Shown: positions 25,171 through 40,858 of the stretch, in pieces
Layout: the number at the start of each line of letters is the position of its first letter
How positions within the stretch are numbered: position 1 is the stretch's first letter
Assembly (NCBI RefSeq): GCF_006345805.1
Contig: NC_043002.1
Span: 49,910,001-49,974,000 of the forward strand
Direction of reading: 5' to 3'
Origin: Octopus sinensis
Taxonomy: Eukaryota
Length of the DNA stretch: 64,000 nucleotides
Translations under genes and position numbers: made by a program
The notes under the pieces: generated by a model
Told to the model about the DNA's origin: nothing
Databases searched by the model: none
The model's input: the letters and a program-made list of their open reading frames with translations, nothing else

Positions 25171-25689
25171 AGCTTTGTACATTGTTTGTGGCAAATCCAG
25201 CTGGTTTCCTAAGCCATGACGAGTGATGGATTCATCGCTTGGAACCAGAGACAAAGAGACAATCCGTGCAGTGGAAACTACCCCACCTCACCTGCTCCAA
25301 AAAGAAGAAAAAAGACTAAGCTACATGTACATGTATGCATTATTGACTGCAGTCCAATTACTAGGCTGAGTAACCACAGCCCCATCATGGTTCATCACTC
25401 TTGTGTTGATACCACGGCAACAACAGTCGTATCGATACTCCAGTAGCCATTAGAGAGCATATGGACATATATATATATATATATATATATATTATGACAT
25501 CCATCACTGCTGTTGTAAGGCATGGGTACACTGGGAAGTTGCCCAGGAGCCTCTCGGGTCCAGGAACACAATTCTGATCAATTTATGCTGTGGTTCGCTA
25601 TCAGTAAATAAATACTATAGAACTCTGTGCATTTATATTAACGTATCACATTGACCACAGCAAAGATGTTTTTTTTTTTTTAGATTCTA

Positions 25690-26100
25690 TCACACTGCGT
25701 GGAACCTTGAACAAGTATGCTCTACTATAGCTTCAAGTCGACCAAAGCCTTGTGAGTGGATTTGGTAGCCAGAAACTGAAAAGAAGCCCGTCGTGTGTGT
25801 GTGTGTATGTATGTATGTGTGTATATATATTATATATATATATATATATTTATTTATTTATATTTGTGTGTCTTCGTGTCGGTGCTTGTCCCCCACCACC
25901 GCTTGACAACCGTTGTTGGTGTGTTTACATCCCCGTGACTTAGCAAGCAGTTCAGCAAAAAAAATTCGATAGAATATATACCAGGCTTAAAAGTAAAAAA
26001 AAAAAGTACTGGAGTCGATTCATTCGACAGTAAAAAAAATTCTTCAAGGCGATGCCCCAGCATGGCCGCAGTCTAATGACTGAAACAAATCAAAAAGATT
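25690..26100 (+). mobile_element. SINE family A
   Basis: CORE-like segment, microsatellite and tail. Confidence 0.8.
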
Positions 26101-26913
26101 AAGAGATGAATTTTATTTACTATTACTTTCCAACAGCTAAAGGAATTCCATAGAGATGTGTATGCGTGTGAGTGTATGTGTGTGTGTGTGTGTTTGTGTG
26201 TGTGTGCGTGTTTGTAAACAAAGCCGAAAATCTGAAGAATGAAGGCTGGATGCATGGGTGTGTGGTCTGGATGGATAGTTAAGTGCCACGTTATATCAGA
26301 GCTCCACCCTTCTACATACCAGCAGAGCAGCGAGTTTCAGGTCACCTAGATAGGACTTAATATACAGAACCACGGTTATGTAGCTATTATGTTATGTATA
26401 AGCATCTAATATGTTATGTACGTATGCTTTGCCTGTTCTGGCGGTGCAAAACTGAGCGTGGAAAATTTGGCGTGCGCGCATCTGTGCATATGTTATATGG
26501 TGTTATGTGCGCGCAAATATTAAATTGCTATATATATATAACACGCTTGCGTTTGTGTTTTTGATAAACAAAAAAAAAAAAAAGGGGGTCCGGTGGTGTA
26601 ATGAGTAGGGGGTCGATGTAATCGACTATGTTATTCGTGTGTAAACTTACTCTCAAACTGCAAAACTACCCGTTGATTTCTGCGAGTCTAAACAGGTTGA
26701 AATGCGTGCGTGAGGATGCGTGTGTGTGTACCTCTGTGTGCGTGCATGCGTGTGTGAGAGAAGAGAGATGGAGGGAGGATAGATAGATAGATAGATAGAT
26801 AGAGAGAGAGAAAGAGAGAGGTATATATATATATATATAAGAGTTTGTTTAGAACGCTATGACAACTTCGAACAATATCCGAACTCCAGACTGTGCGTGT
26901 GCTTAAACGAATT

Positions 26914-26949
<36 letters not shown>

Positions 26950-27304
26950 CGTGCGTGTGAACGTAAGTAATGATGTGTCTGAAGCTATCTGCATGTATGT
27001 ACGTATAAATAAATGATTGCGTTTATATAATAATATATTTGTGTATGCATATGAATGTACGTGTGTGTGTGTGTGTGTATAGTAGTAGTAGTTATGTTGA
27101 CATACCACCTTAGCTTCCACTGGTGTATATCTGCATTTATATAAGTATAAATATTCCTACATGTGAGTAAATATATTCCGACATGTGCGATTACATTCTT
27201 TTTTAACATGGAAATGTGAGCATAAACACAATACGTAAGGATATGACTGACCGCTTACATAAGAATACAACATCTACGAATATATGCACGTGTGTATGTG
27301 TGAG

Positions 27305-27900
27305 GAAGGTAAGAAGTTTGCTTCCCAACTACATGGTTCCGGGTTCAGTCCCACGGCTTGGAACCACGGGCAAGTGCTTCCTTCTATATATTTCTTTACT
27401 GCCCACAAGGGGCTAAACACAGAGGGGACAAACAGATTAAGTCGATTATATCGACCCCAGTGCGTAACTAGTACTTAATTTATCGACCCCGAAAGGATGA
27501 AAGGCAAAGTCGACCTCGGCGGAATTTGAACTCAGAACGTAACGCCAGACGAAATACGGCTACGCATTTCGCCCGGCGTGCTAACGTTTCTGCCAGCTGC
27601 CTTATATAGCCCCAGGCCGACCAAAGCCCTTACTGCGAGGATTTGGAAAACGGAAACTGAAAGAAACCGGTCACGTGTGTGTGTGTGTCTGTGTATATAT
27701 TGTCCCCCACCCCACCGCTTAACAACCAGTTTGTTTACGTCCCCGTAACTTAGCGGCTCAGCAAAAGACATCGATACAATAAGTAGCAAACTTTAAAAGA
27801 GGAAAAAAAAAAAAATTAGTGGGATTGATTTCTTCGACTAAACTTTTCGAAATGGGTGCCCCAGCACGGCCGCAGTCCAGTCACTAAAATAATTCAAGCT
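27305..27900 (+). mobile_element. SINE-A with a nested full-length SINE-B (27391-27601, minus)
   Basis: SINE-A is split after GGCAAGTGCTTCCTTCTATATA and resumes at GCCCCAGGCCGACC. The insert is a complete family B copy. Confidence 0.88.
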
Positions 27901-28999
27901 AAAAGATTACATAACCACCACTACTAGACTTGCCATCACAACCACCACCACCACCACCACCATTATAACAAGTATCTTTCATCACCGCCATCGCTACCAT
28001 AAACGCAAGCATCGCAGCCACAGCCTTGCTTTACGTAACAGTGATGAAGTAAAGAAAATTCCCCACCGAAGATTGTTCTATAAGACGTATGAATGGCGGC
28101 AAAGTGGTAAGTTGGATTCCGTGTAAACAGATACACGTGGATTTGTGTGTATGCGCGCGCTCGCACGTGTGTGTGTGTGTGTGTGTGCGCGTATACAGAG
28201 CTTCACGTATGTGTGTGTGTATGTAATAATGTAAACGCATTCATATAGACAGGGTGCGGCTGACTGCCAGTAAACAGGCAACGTGTGAGTATGTGCTATA
28301 CATAAGATGGCTGTGCACGCACAGTCAGTCAGTCAGTCAGAAGTGTGTATGAAGCGCTGGAAAGATTATGAATATTATTACAAACACACACATGCGCGAA
28401 CGAATGGCTGAGAGAGAGAGAGAGAGAGTGGGGGGGGTAGAGGTAGATACATTTGTAATTTCCTTTATGCGTCCTTCCTTTCCTATATACAAATGTAGCG
28501 ATGTGCAAAGTTCATGATGTTACTTATAATTCCTTGTTTGTTTATTTGTTATAGTTTGCATTTATTATTATTTTTTTTTTTCCATATATATCGCAGATTG
28601 TGAACTATAGCGCCGTTACAGAATTCCAATAAGAAGGGTTGCTACTACTGACTGGCTCGCACGCAGCATTTTCTAACAGCATGAGCGACAACGGATAGCC
28701 TTCACAATAAACTTAAGGATTTTGTTCAAATACGACGAAAGATGCAATTCCGCCGGGGTCGACTTTGCCTTACATTCTTTCAGGATCGATAAAATAAAAT
28801 AAGTACCAATGGCACACTGGGGTCGATGTCATCGATTTACCTCATCTCCTGAAATTGCTGGCCTTGTGGCATAATTTGAAACCGATATATAGCGAAAGAA
28901 ATACTCTAACACACACACACACACACACATGTATATGAAGGCATGTAACCTAATAATTAGGATTGTTGGATTCACGATTATGATGATAAGGTCACAAGT

Positions 29000-31420
29000 T
29001 CGATCCTAGACATAAGTAATGTACGAGTATAGTCTGATGTGTAGCGTAATTTGGCGATTTTATTAAGCCGGTAGTGGAGAGATAGTCAGGTGGTAGAGGT
29101 AAGACTGGTATTGTGTACGCTGCAGTTATTATATTTGTACAACGCAGTGGTTTCTTTCTGTTGGCCAAAATACTTGCATTCAATACTACGTTTTGTGCGC
29201 TGTTTTACTTACTTTATTTTGTATTGTATATGTGTTCTAGCTTCAAGAATCTCTGTCTTCTGTGTGTATGGCGTGTTTACGTTGTCAACTTCTAGGATTG
29301 GCTCTACCTGCTTTAAAAAAGAAATAAACTTTTTTTAGGCTGCTGGTAAGATGAGGTCAGATTTCACAAAGTGCTACTTTAATCCTTTGAACGCGGGAAA
29401 CAGATATATCGGCTCGAAATTTTATAACCGTTAACTGCGGAAAGCGGTTTTACCTTACGACATTGAAAAAAAAAAATCTCTCCTTATACTAACTGCGAGG
29501 AGCAGACACACCACCAAGTGACACTTTTTCAGATTCGTTTAACTTTTTCACAATTCTCATTACAATGAAATATTTTTAGTGATGGATATGAAAACCATAC
29601 CAGCAGGAGATACTGAAACCGTACTGCAGAAAAGGAAACTATCAATTCTATTTTTATAGTGGATAATTTAACATCATTACAAGAATGACCATGAAATTTA
29701 AATATGCAGTCGAAGGGTTAAAATTATTGTGCAGCCAGGTTTTCAGGCGATTTAGATTTGTGAGTTTCTGGACATAACGTAATGTCCATCTGCATAGGTT
29801 TTGATGGGGAGTGTGGAAAGTCGCGAAACTAGGGTGAAAGAACGGATTCGTTTTGGTACAAGTGAGGAAAATGGATATCAGGAACTGAGTAAGCTAAGGG
29901 CCAGAGAGGCTGAAGTTGGTAAGACGGGACTGGGCACTATAAACAACCCCTCCTCGTAAACTGAAAAGTAGGAGTACCTCTGCACACCTCCCTTCTCATG
30001 TCCATCAATGTTTTGGTGTTTCATTCAGGAAAATTTCAGGTTTTGAAAGTGTGGTTGTTCTCCAGTTAGTTTATCGACTTCGTGCTCTTGACAGTTCGCT
30101 AACCAAAATTTTATCTTTCACTTACTGGACTGCGGTCATGCTGGGGCACCACCTTGAAAGGTTTAATCGAACATACCGAGCTTAATATTTTTAAGGTCTG
30201 GCACTTATTCTATCGATATCTTTTGCCCAAACGGTAAGTTACGAGAATATAAAACAAACTAGCACCTGTTGTCTAGCGGCGAAATGGGAACACATACACA
30301 TACGATGGGCTTTCATAGTTTCAGCCTACCAAATTTACTCACGTGGCATTGGTTAGTGCGGGGTTGTAGAATTCGAAGACAGGGTTCAGCGCAATGAGAC
30401 TGAATTTGAAAGCACGTAGTTGCAAAACAAGATTCTTAACCACACAGCTAAGCCTATAGTTTTTTTTTTCTTCTAAAGGTACTATTGATCATTTCATAGC
30501 GGAAAATGGAGTTGAAAGGTTAGCTATGTCGACAGCAACTTATTTTCTTTGCTGAAGCCATTCTTTATTTTTTACGGTAGTTCGTTGGTTGAATGTAGTG
30601 GTCTGAATGTATTTTGTGACTGGGAGACTGGATTGTATCGATTACTGATGTCAAGGATAAACCTTTCTAAAATTTTGAAGTAAGAAAGTGATACGTTTGT
30701 ATGTCACTTGGTTGTGGTGGAATTTGTGGAGTTTTGGAGAAGTTATATTTTTAACTAACATCAAGATTCTAGGAGTGAAGGCGTGTGGCCTAGTGGTTAG
30801 GTTGTTACACTCACGACCTCCGGGCCGGGCGCTGCGCTTTTGAGCAAAACACTTCATTTCATATCACTATACGATAGCTTCGGCACCTGGCGTGTGGCAC
30901 ACTGCGTATCTGCACAATCAATCATCAGTTTAACGGAGGAAGAGAGTTAAAGTACAACACCTACATTTAATCACTATAAACAAATCTGCTGTGCAGGTTA
31001 GGTTGTTCAGCAACAATCTGTGGAACACTCTTCTACCCTTTGAGACAGGGAAATCCGCCAGATTCTGAAAATGTGATAACAGTTGTAGATATTGGTCAAT
31101 GCGGTGATTCTTTCGGGCCATAAATGTTTTCTAAGGATATATTTGCGGTTTTTGTCTGGCCCTGAAGATTCTGAGCTTTCAGATTTCCTTACTGCTTTTT
31201 GTGTGTCTGATAAAAAGGAGGGCTTAAAATTGTGTTGTATGTAGAAGAGAAGTATTTTCGTTTTGTGAAATGCGTGAAAAGAGCGTTTGCTTGGTGTTAC
31301 ACAGAGCATATATTAAGGATAATTATTGAGACATGGGTTGTGGTGCGACTATTGCTGATGGTAATAACTCTATATAGTGTTTTAATGTTGGTTTCGCAGT
31401 TTAAATTATGAATAAATGTT
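29000..31420 (-). mobile_element. Decayed LINE (Jockey/I-like) RT fragments interrupted by SINEs
   Basis: Collinear minus-strand motifs: KAVRKSESSESSGPD...LRKHLWPERITALTNIYN (31040-31230), YKRITFLL..KILERFIL...FRPLHST...VAVDIA (30480-30720), FGQQKETT (~29150). Confidence 0.65.
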
Positions 31421-34253
31421 CATCTCTTACTTGTATCAATCATTAGTCTGCTGCAGCCAAACTGGGACACCGCTTGGTTTAGTCGAACTAATCGACCATA
31501 TTTTTAAAGTATGGTACTTGTTCTATTGGTTGTTTTTGTAGAACTGCTGTTTCATGACGATGTAAACAAACTAACACCAGTTGCCATGAGGTGGAGGAAC
31601 AAATACAAAGACATACACATGCATATGATGGGCTTCCAAAGTTTCCGTCCACCAAAATCACTCACAAGGCACTGGTCGGCCTGGAGCTATAGTAAAAGAC
31701 ACTTACCCAAGGTACCAGGCAGTGGGACTGAACCCAAAACCACGTAGTTGCAAAGCAAGCTCCTTAACGAGACACCCATGTCTGCATCTGCTTCCCCGAC
31801 CCCTAGATCTAAATATGTAGTCCCTTATTTACTTCTTTGATACTTTTTTTTATCTCTTTATTATGTAGTGAAGTGACTGAGTAATTGAATTCTGAAAATA
31901 TCGAATCTGATTTTTAATGGAACATGTTCCAACGAATTTAATTGTTGCCGTTGATGATATTTACTATCAAGGCGGTATTTCGTCCATCTTTAGTTCGAAT
32001 TCCATCGAAGATGACTTTGCTGTTTATCCTTTCGACTTGCATCTCACCCACAAAATTTCATGCCTTGTGCCTATAGTAAAAAGATTATTATTATTTTGAC
32101 CTTTCTAAAATGTCCGAATATGCTGTGATGATAATTGATAGCAGGCCTAAATTGAAGAATTGTTTGCCCAGTGGCCGTAGTAACTAGAAGCAAGTCAAAT
32201 TTAGGGAATAACTGTTGCTCGGTGAGCTAAGCGTGTGTACGTGCCAGCGTGGATTGTTCAGGGTGTAAAGTTGGGTTAGCTGTAACATGTGATCTACGTT
32301 ATTTACAGACTGAAAGATGTAGAGTGCATTGAATTCTCTTCCACTGTCTACGAAAGGTGTGTGTGGTAACCCGATAGAACAATTGACGAAGACTATATAT
32401 ATATATATATATAAATATAGGGATGGTATTATTAAAATATCATCACAAGTGGTAAGCAAATTAATAAAATATATACATACAATATTAAATATGTACATAT
32501 ATACACAACGGTACTACATGAGTACCTATATCGCCAATGATAGAAGTCAAAAAATACTTCTGTACCACCGAATAGTCACAAATCTATTACAGATATATGG
32601 TGTGCTTCTTGTCGGTGGTTATAACTTAAAAGCTTGCATTTCTTGTGCAGAGCCATTTTCTGTTATGCGACGATGTGCCTGCCTTATAATGTCTATGTAG
32701 TGAATACAAGTTTTTTTTTTTTCATGTACGTTACAAGATCAGTTCCTTATTAAAGGTTTGGTCTAGTCTGATTTGAGAATGATTCGGAATAGTTGCTGTT
32801 TTGTGTTCTGGGAGACTTTTTCACTTCCTGAATTATTGCTATGAAAGTCGAGACAAATGAAAACATCTTTTACTTCGATAAAAATTACTTTAACAGCATT
32901 CATGATGTATGGTAGAATTTTTTTTCTTTTCGTTTGTTTGCTATCGTGTGTGAAATGTTTGTTTTTAAGTATATTCCACGCGGGCTTGTCACGTTGGCAA
33001 GGGAAGTAACAACAACACGTCCGTGTCTTTGTTATTTTTCCTGGGAAGTCATATATTTTCTGGATTATTTGTAAATAATGTTCTTTGATTTGTTTGTGTA
33101 TTTTGAAGACTTCGGATGTCACTTACCTTTGTAGGTGTTTTAGAGCCCACTTTGTACCAATTCATAATCATTGTCGTTCTTTGATGGCATTAGCACGTAT
33201 CATGGGTGTCTGGAACACATCGTTCAACGGGCCTTCCAGCTATGATCATACCGTCTTACTTTTAGTCATATTCAGTATTAATTTATCTTGTATACCTAGT
33301 CATAGTTATGAAATGAGCCAGTAGTAAGCGAAGAGTAGCCTAGTCCCAAATACTTTATTGGACGTTATTGTCATGGTGACAATCGTTGTTCGTCAGTCTT
33401 ACAATGCTATGACCATCCCGTCAATTTTTCGGGTACTTTGTGTTCGAAGTATACAGGGTACCTCGGGCACAAAAAAGTGCATATGCAATGTGCACTTCTT
33501 TAAGCTTGATAGGATATGATTTAAGAGATTCAACAGCTATTTTTAACGTATTGAGTGTGTGAGTAGATGGCGACATTTGAGAGGAATTTGGTTGCTATTC
33601 CTAGCAGGTGGAAACCGTGTAGAACAAGAATAAGGAGTCCCTGTCGCAAGGGTGAAATTTCGTCACCATTCAAATTTGAAACTACCTCTTGAAATCCGTG
33701 TGCCTGTCTATCTATGTAAATAGTTCAATTCTCAAGATCCAAACAGTAATTCAATATGAATTGTACCACTGTATCTCTAGGAATTTCTGAAACTAAACAT
33801 CTAATAATTCCAGCATTACATGCATATTTATAGATTCCCTAGGCATTTACAATTCGTCCCTATATATTAACTACTCTTTGGGGGTAATCAGAATAAAGTA
33901 TAGCACCCATTCAACCGCCCTACCAGGGATACGGCGAAGGCGTGGGACTGCTGCAAGGCGGATTGTGAAGAGGCAGTGGAAGATCTCAACTGAACCATCT
34001 CTGCCTCTTATGTTGATGCTAAGCGGAGGAATCCAGCTCCCAATTCAAATGAACATGGATGGCAATAAAGAGCCTTGGGAATCCTTACACGCAGTATGAC
34101 CGGATGACGATGATGATACTAACAACAATGATTCTCCACTGTTTAGAAAGAAGGGACCCTCGTGAATGCTTGTGGTAGTGAGGGAAAGTGGCTTTTAAAC
34201 GATGTACTCAAAGAGTAGTTAGATGCAGCGTGGATTTTAAAAATCTAGTTTAA

Positions 34254-34549
34254 CCATCTCGCATTTAAACAAGCCATATGTAGCCAAAACATTCTGCCTG
34301 TTTTTATATTCAAACTGGTCAGATGTGGTCTTTCACACCTACCCTACAGTGTCGTTTAATGGTGTTAATTACCCATCAAAAAGTAGAACTGATATTTTCC
34401 TCTTCTGCAATACATTTTCTGTACCTCCTGTAGTCATGAGGAACATCCACTGCCATCATCGAAATCTCAAAGCGATGAAATAATGCATGATTAATTTAAA
34501 ATGAATACGTAAGTATTACAATTGACAGAATAATCTGAATGCTAAAGGG
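34254..34549. mobile_element. piggyBac-like MITE
   Basis: TTAA flanks and a ...GCTAAAGGG end. Inverted relative of 61881-62581. Confidence 0.7.
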
Positions 34550-37230
34550 TTAAAGCTTACGTAAATCTGCAATAATGCTCGAGCGCTTAAAGAAAATACG
34601 TGTTGCTCGTAATTTCTTTACACCCAGGCATGGTTAATTAAACGAGGTAAACAATAGCAAAATTAAACGGCGGTGCATCAGCATGGCCGCAGCTCTGAGC
34701 TGAAACTAGAGGTAAAAAAAAAAAAAAAAAGAGCTTTCGACATTCCCCCTAAATTCTAAACTTTAAAACCGTTGGCTTTTTTGGTTTAAATTTTGCATGT
34801 CGAAGTGCGTTTCTCCTGTTTTTTTTTTTTTTAACTAATGCACCAAGAAGCTAAAAATATTTAAAACAATTACTATAGTTATATATAATTTCTGTTTGTG
34901 TTAGCGTTCTGCTATCAGGGTTGCCATTTGCTATGTGATAAATATAGTCTTTGAAATTGGCATTGTCTTTTAAATGTTTTTTTTTTGGGGGGATAAGTTT
35001 GCTATGCAGACGTTGTTCGTCTCTGTTTGTACATGTATCATTTACATATATATGGAAAGACACTAACAAATTAATAATTCCTATATTATGCATATAAGTA
35101 TACACACATACACAAACATGAACGTTTGTGAATGAGTATATAGAATGCGTGTATTGATATGCCACTTCAGCTCCTTGCTTACGTGAATGAATGCGTGTGC
35201 GGACGTATGTGTATGCACACACGAACATATAAAGAGAGGGATAGAGACAGCAGGCTAGAGTACAGAGTGTTGAGCTAAAAATATTTTAACCAAGGGAATT
35301 TCTGTTATGAGAAGAAAATTTAACAGCGCAAAAGAAACTTCATTTCAAAGGGGTGCAAGGGAGAAACCCTTCTTCACTCTCCTAAGAAATTTAGATTTAC
35401 CAAAAATTAAACGTAGAAGAAGGGAATGAATCTGATCTTCAGTAGCTGTGACATCAACTCCACACGTTCCTGTCCAATTAAGCCTCAACAGCGAAACATA
35501 GGCCAACAGCTTCAAGAATCTCAAAACAAGTAATGGCATATGCTGTTCGTGCAATTAAAATAATATCAATCATTATCGTTTTACATCCACTTTTCCATGT
35601 TTGTAAACGAAATTTGGCTGAGGCAGATTTCTATGGTAGGATGCTCTTCATGTCGCCGACCCATATCTATTCCCAAGCAAGGTAATATTTCCCCTCGTCT
35701 AGACATGTTTTGTCATGGAAAACTGGAAACTAACAACATCGCTTGTATAGCAGTGATGCTCGTTTACAATCATCACTTGATGTCAAGACAGATACACATA
35801 TGAAAGGGCGCACGCGCGCGAGTGTATGAGAGAGAGAGAGATACTGAGGGCGTGTGGCCTGGCGTTTGGACACACCATCGCAAGATTGTGGTTTCGATTC
35901 TCAGACCGAGCGGTGCATTGTATTCAAGAGCAAACCACTTCATTTCACGTTGCTGTAAATGAGTACTCTTGCGGCGGACTGGTGTCTCGTTCAGGGGAAT
36001 GTTGTGATCTCAGTTATATGGAAGCCGAGTAACTGGCCCTATGAGATCCTCAAGCACACGTCCACGTCTGAAACCTATAATATACAAGTAAAAATGTAAA
36101 TAGATGGTCCCGCCAACTACTCCCTTTCGTTTCCTCAACAGAAGTGGTCGAGTATTCCACTTCAGGCAGAATTTATGTATCAGTTTGAAGCAGGACTGGG
36201 CCCTTTGAATTACAAATACAGCTCGTCCGATGCCTTCCAGTTAACGTTTAACGTCTATGTAAATCCATTCAGGTTGGGTCAACCTGAGGTCTGTAGCAGA
36301 AATACACAGGATCTCAGAGCGGAAGGACGAACATCTAGATATTTATCGACACCTATCCTTAAGTACTATCTGAATATAATGCACGGTTGTCTGAATGCGT
36401 GTGCGTTTGCACACTTCAGGCCATAGTTCCAAAACAAACAAACATAAAGGACTATAATTCCAGTCATTGTAATACGGTCCTGCTGGGGCACCACCTTGAA
36501 GGGACTTATTCTATCGGTCACTCTTGCCGAACAGCTAGGTTACGGGAACGTAAACAATCCAACACCGGTTGTCAAGCGATACCCCGGAAAAAAGATATAC
36601 ATATACACACACGACGGTCTTCCACACAGTTTCCCTCAACCAAATTCATTTTCAAGGTATTAGCCGGTCTGGGGCCATGATAGAAGACTCTTCTTGCTCA
36701 TGGTGCCACGCAATGAGACTGAACCCGAAACCACATGGTTGCAAAATGAGCTTCTAAACCAGACAGCCATGCAAGGAAATTATATATATATATAATGAAA
36801 ATCGTTTTAATTATTTTAAGATTCTTAAAATAAAATCAGTGTATTAAAGAAGTTGATATCTCGGGAGGTTTGTTTTATCAACAAGAAACACAAGCACTAG
36901 TAATTATTCACTTCTTTTCATTATCTTTGGTCAACTATTTAACAAATGAACGACACGATTGATTAAGAGTTTGGTTAATCAATCAATCAGTCAAGTGCTT
37001 GCTTGTTGGAGTTCTTTTGTCAATATCATATACTGTATATCTCACAACCAGAATCTTGACAGATTATATATACACACACAATTATATATATATATATATA
37101 TATATAATAGAATATATACTCTGCAGATAAATACTGACAGAATGCTGGTTGTACTTACCGAAAGATAGAGAAAGCGGTGAGAGATAACTTATAAAAATAA
37201 GGTGATATGTGAGGATCAGACTTAGTAAGT

Positions 37231-37269
<39 letters not shown>

Positions 37270-37999
37270 CGACTTTTCCAAAATGTCCTGAATAAGAGGT
37301 CATAACCCCACAAGTTGTGGTGCACCTGAGCACTGTATACAATAATTTCATTATATTATATTATATAGAAATACAAGGTATAATTGCAACTTTGTTTTGT
37401 TTTCCTTTCGTAGTTTACTTTGTATCTTCTTGCATTGTTACGGTCCGACACAAGATATATATATATGTGTGTGTGTGTCTATGTATAAAGAGGAAAGCTT
37501 GGGTGAAAGGAAGTGTAAGTGCAGTATTTGAAGTGAAGAGCGTGAGTATGACAAATTCGAGATAGACAGAAGACGGGTAGAGACTATCAAGAGAATTGGT
37601 CATTCAAAGTAGATAGATACATAATGAGAGAGGAAGAGGAGAGGTAAAGATAAGCAACTATGGAACTGACAGAAGGAATATGTGAGAATGAAAGGGGTAG
37701 TGATAGTGAAAGACTGACAGAAGTGGAGAGATTGTAGGACAAAATGATTGATGTGTGGAGAATATCTGTGTAGGTGGAACAGAGGAACATAGAAATAGAG
37801 ACAAATATCTTTGTAGGCGAGCATAAAAAGAAATAGATAGACTATTATGAAAGACGTAAAGCTGTGAAGGTGAAGGGCCTACAGTTGTTGGTGGCCTCAA
37901 TGAAGGTGATGAGAAACTGGCAAAATGATAGATGTTAAACAAAAATATTTGGGACGGATGGATAGATAGATAGATATGTAGATAGAAAGGCAAGCAGGC

Positions 38000-38240
38000 T
38001 TGTCCATAACGGTTGCTACCAACCTGACTACGATCGATTTTTTTTTTGACGTAACCTTAGACCTGAACACGGGCAAGTACTACCCGTATAGGAAGCCTAA
38101 TGAAAAAAACAGTATATATATTCACAAGAGCTCAAAATACTCCCACCTGCAGTTATTAGAAACCTGGTTTCAGGCATTAGTAGACGGGTATCGAAGCTCT
38201 CGGCCAACAAGGAGATCTTTAATACAACGATGCTTTGACT
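38000..38240 (+). mobile_element. Penelope-like element RT C-terminal/thumb fragment
   Basis: LSITVATNLTTIDFFDVTLDLNTGKYYPYRKPN...YIHKSS..PPAVIRNLVSGISRRVSKLSANKEIFN matches the PLE RT pattern. Frameshifted. Confidence 0.85.
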
Positions 38241-39115
38241 AGGAGCAGATTTGATAGATAGACAGACAGACAGATAGATAGATAAACTGACTGATAATTA
38301 TAGGTATACTTGATGAACGGATAGATAAACGGATGGTTGTAAGGAACAATGAACAAATTGATGATAAATCGATAGAACCACGGACATATAAACACCAGTA
38401 CAGATTGATAAGAAATAGATACCTAGATAGACATTGAGAGAAAAATAAATAGGTAGACAGACAGACGGACGGGTCGCAGTGATGGAAGTAATATTTATGC
38501 GGGGTTACGGCATTCCCCGGTTTTTCAGTTCAGGGAGAAGGGTGACATATGTATTTCCACGTTCCCAAGCTCAGCCTCTCGGACCTGAGTGCACCCAAAG
38601 TTATAAATGTGTACTTGTATATATATATATATATGTGTGTGTGTGTTAGAGAGAGAGAGAATTCTCAGTAGAGGAGAGTAAAAACTAAAGTTTACAGTAG
38701 TGAAGAGAGGAGAGAGACAAAGAGAGAGAAGGGGGATTTGACGTAGAGAATGGAGAGCAAAGGAAAACAGAATTGAGACACTGAGGGGAGAATAAGGGAA
38801 GATAGAAATGATTATAATGGGAGAAGGGGTGGGGAGAGAATTGATAGCAGAGAGAGAGAACAAGAAAGAGAGAACAGATAGTAAGGGTATGGAGAAAGAC
38901 GTGAAAGAAAAGGAAGAGAAAGTTGATAGATCTGAAAAGAGATGAAGATAGAATTGTATGTGTGAGAGAGAGGCGCAAAGTCTAGGTGTTTGTAGTTGAT
39001 GCTGTGGTTAGTCAACGATATAGAGATAGAAACACATGTTCTAATTGTCAAGCAGAGGTGCACCGAAGAACTATACTGGTGTGTATGTGTGCAGATATGT
39101 CTGTATAAATACATG

Positions 39116-39155
<40 letters not shown>

Positions 39156-40436
39156 AAAGTATATATCACTGACACAGACATTTATTCCATATATACTTTT
39201 AGGTTTTCTTACACTAGTTTCAGTCACTGGACAACTACCTTCAAGAATTTTTTTTAATCGACCCCCAGCACCCATTTCATCCATCCTGGTACCTTTATTT
39301 TATCGGTCTGTAAATATCGAATCGCCCGCCGACTTACGCTTTTAAGCACGACGTCACACCGGTAAAAATTAACGCACATTCGCGCGCGCGAAGGTTTCCG
39401 CACGCGTACCAGCTACTCACCCCCCCCCCCACCAATTCACAAAGGCATTAGTTAACCGGAGGCTGCAACAGACAGACAGAAAGCACTTAAAAAGCAAGGT
39501 GTCGCGATATCAGATCTAACTCAGTAACACGTGGCGGCAGAGCGGACTTTTTAAGCATATACAAGTTGTGCATTCGCGCGCGTATTTGTGCGTGCATATC
39601 TGCAGTGGTTAATGTACGGGTGTGCAGACTGCACAAGGCAGTCGCTTTGTATGTGTGTTTGCCGTAGCCGTAGCTGTGTCACTTGTAAGGAAAAGGGGAT
39701 TTGACAATTTAAGGTACCGTACAACGGCCAAAATCCACGACACACCTGTACGCATGTGTGTGTATCAAAACATTACAGTAATAAACGTACACTTATGCGG
39801 TAATTAGAGTCAACTGGCTGAATTTGAGATCAACAGATACCAATCAAGAGCTGACCATCCGCTAACTGACAATAGAGGAGAATTAGAGAACAGGAATTTT
39901 GGTAATCAGGCAATTAATAGACAAGCGCTTTGGAAAACGGCATGAGAGAGAATTGAACCTTGGAATCTTTGTGTGTGCGAGAGAGAGAGAGAGAGCGGGA
40001 GACAGAAAATGATATACATAAATACATAAAAACACTAACACAACTTTGAGTGATTTGAAACAGTTGACACTAGAAATCAGTTATCTATTTCGCTTTCTAA
40101 TACACACATACAGCCAACCGCACGCGTATAAATCTTTCGTTCCCGGTGAAGATCTAGCAGACAAGATTACCGGATTTTATTGACAGAGATGCAGTTTTCA
40201 GATTTAAAGACACAATGAGCTCTCTAATTTTGTCCTCTCTTAACATATACAGAAATCCACCCCCACCCCCACCGCACTATTATTTTTACTGGTTTCAATT
40301 ATTGTACAGACGAGGCCATTGCTAGGTAGGGAAATGGTTTCGAAGCCGATCACATCGACATTAGTAAGAATTTCAGTCCGGTGGTTTTATTTATGTCTGT
40401 TAGTCGATTCACTGAGTAACACCCTTTTTGAGACAA

Positions 40437-40477
<41 letters not shown>

Positions 40478-40745
40478 CCAATCGGAGTCTGGCTACCCCA
40501 CGAATAAAGAATATTTACCCGCCAATGCAGTGCTGAGCAGTCATTCCCACTGTTCGATATCAACGTGTGTGTGTGTGTGTGTATCCTTAGTTTCACCCTT
40601 GGCTGTTCAGTCGAAAAAAGGCCAAGGGAGAAGTTTAGAGCAGACTCTTAACTTTTGGTATAATAAATATATCTGTATATTCTCCTCATAGTATTGATAA
40701 TGTTTGCACGAAGTAAAAATACGTATTGTCTATATTTTGCATTTA

Positions 40746-40858
<113 letters not shown>

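Noticed and set aside
26645-26695. Minus-strand microexon candidate before GTAAGT
   Set aside because: Possible lengths of 7, 29 or 37 nt all shift the frame, and the pyrimidine tract is poor.
32180-33320. Host coding exon (119-aa ORF, AAG|GTAAGT at ~33126)
   Set aside because: No acceptor or recognisable domain and multiple stops nearby. Probably decayed retroelement sequence.
33880-34120. 73-aa ORF as a host gene
   Set aside because: Ends in a (GAT)n tail and resembles a decayed RTE-type LINE 3' end. Too weak to annotate.
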